Positions 63,622 to 64,000 of a stretch of DNA of 64,000 bases are shown here, in pieces. The position numbers and the translations under genes were made by a program. A model generated the notes under the pieces. That model did no database searches. It saw nothing but the letters and a program-made list of their open reading frames with translations, and had not been told where the DNA came from. The first letter of the stretch is position 1, and each line of letters opens with the position of its first letter. Source of the stretch: an uncultured Alphaproteobacteria bacterium. GTDB taxonomy: Bacteria; Pseudomonadota; Alphaproteobacteria; Rhodobacterales; Rhodobacteraceae. The DNA lies in assembly GCA_963847795.1 (NCBI GenBank), contig CAWKBH010000006.1, positions 401,559 to 465,558 of the forward strand, given 5' to 3'.

Positions 63622-64000
63622 ATGCACCGCAAGTGGGGCTATATTGGGGGCGGATCCGTCCTGATACTGGCAGGTCTCGTTGCCAGCCAATCCGACTTTT
63701 CCGCACGGTTCCGGAGCGGGACCGCAGTCCCAGCGCCGCCGCCGGCCGTGACCGAGGCGGTCCCCGCGGCCCCGCCGCCGCCCGCCGCCGCCGAGGCGGT
63801 CCCCGCGGCGCCCACGGCCGCCGAGACCGAGATCGCCCGCCTGACGGCGGAGCTCGCCGCGCGCGAGGCCGAGAACGCCCGGCTCCGCACCACCCTCGCC
63901 GTGCGCGACGCGGTGATGCGGTCGCTCCGGGCCACCGCCGCCGACCGCGAGGCCAGGATCGACGGCCTCGAGGCCCAGCTCGCCGCCAGCGACGCCGAGC
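63622..64000 (+). CDS. Partial hypothetical membrane-anchored Pro/Ala-rich coiled-coil protein, running off the window
   Basis: Manual translation MHRKWGYIGGGSVLILAGLVA...PAPPPAVTEAVPAAPPPP...EIARLTAELAAREAENARLR; no stop before the window end. Confidence 0.6.
   Translation, partial: MHRKWGYIGGGSVLILAGLVASQSDFSARFRSGTAVPAPPPAVTEAVPAAPPPPAAAEAVPAAPTAAETEIARLTAELAAREAENARLRTTLAVRDAVMRSLRATAADREARIDGLEAQLAASDAE

Overview
High-GC alphaproteobacterial chromosome segment, probably Rhodobacteraceae (inferred from class I lysS-terB-dacB-nadD synteny). It is a patchwork of accessory modules ending in core genes. In order: a cytoplasmic hybrid sensor kinase; an alternative complex III (actABCDEF plus actG-like) - SCO - type-A2 caa3 oxidase operon with a candidate sigma-EcfG promoter; an HWE kinase; an ectoine/hydroxyectoine uptake and catabolism cluster with a GntR regulator and a second, divergent DoeA-like hydrolase; a DUF2934 gene; a uppS plus QseB/QseC-like module with matching direct-repeat boxes; a stand-alone HerA-like ATPase; tRNA-Gly(GCC); ISAs1 and IS630 remnants; a TRAP/dehydrogenase/isomerase/kinase sugar(-acid) islet; a triuret-type ureide degradation cluster (trtA, permease, atzG, atzE, atzH, atzF, LysR) with no biuH in the window; a PaoABC-like molybdoenzyme with TetR; a DapA-family gene; lysS, terB, dacB, nadD. 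Two unexplained non-coding element families sit between convergent genes: 11-bp-periodic CCATAY arrays and a structured REP/MITE-like repeat with compensatory base changes. About 14 genes, including essential lysS, carry small frameshifts, most likely long-read indel errors. Family calls come from motif recognition and recall, not database searches.
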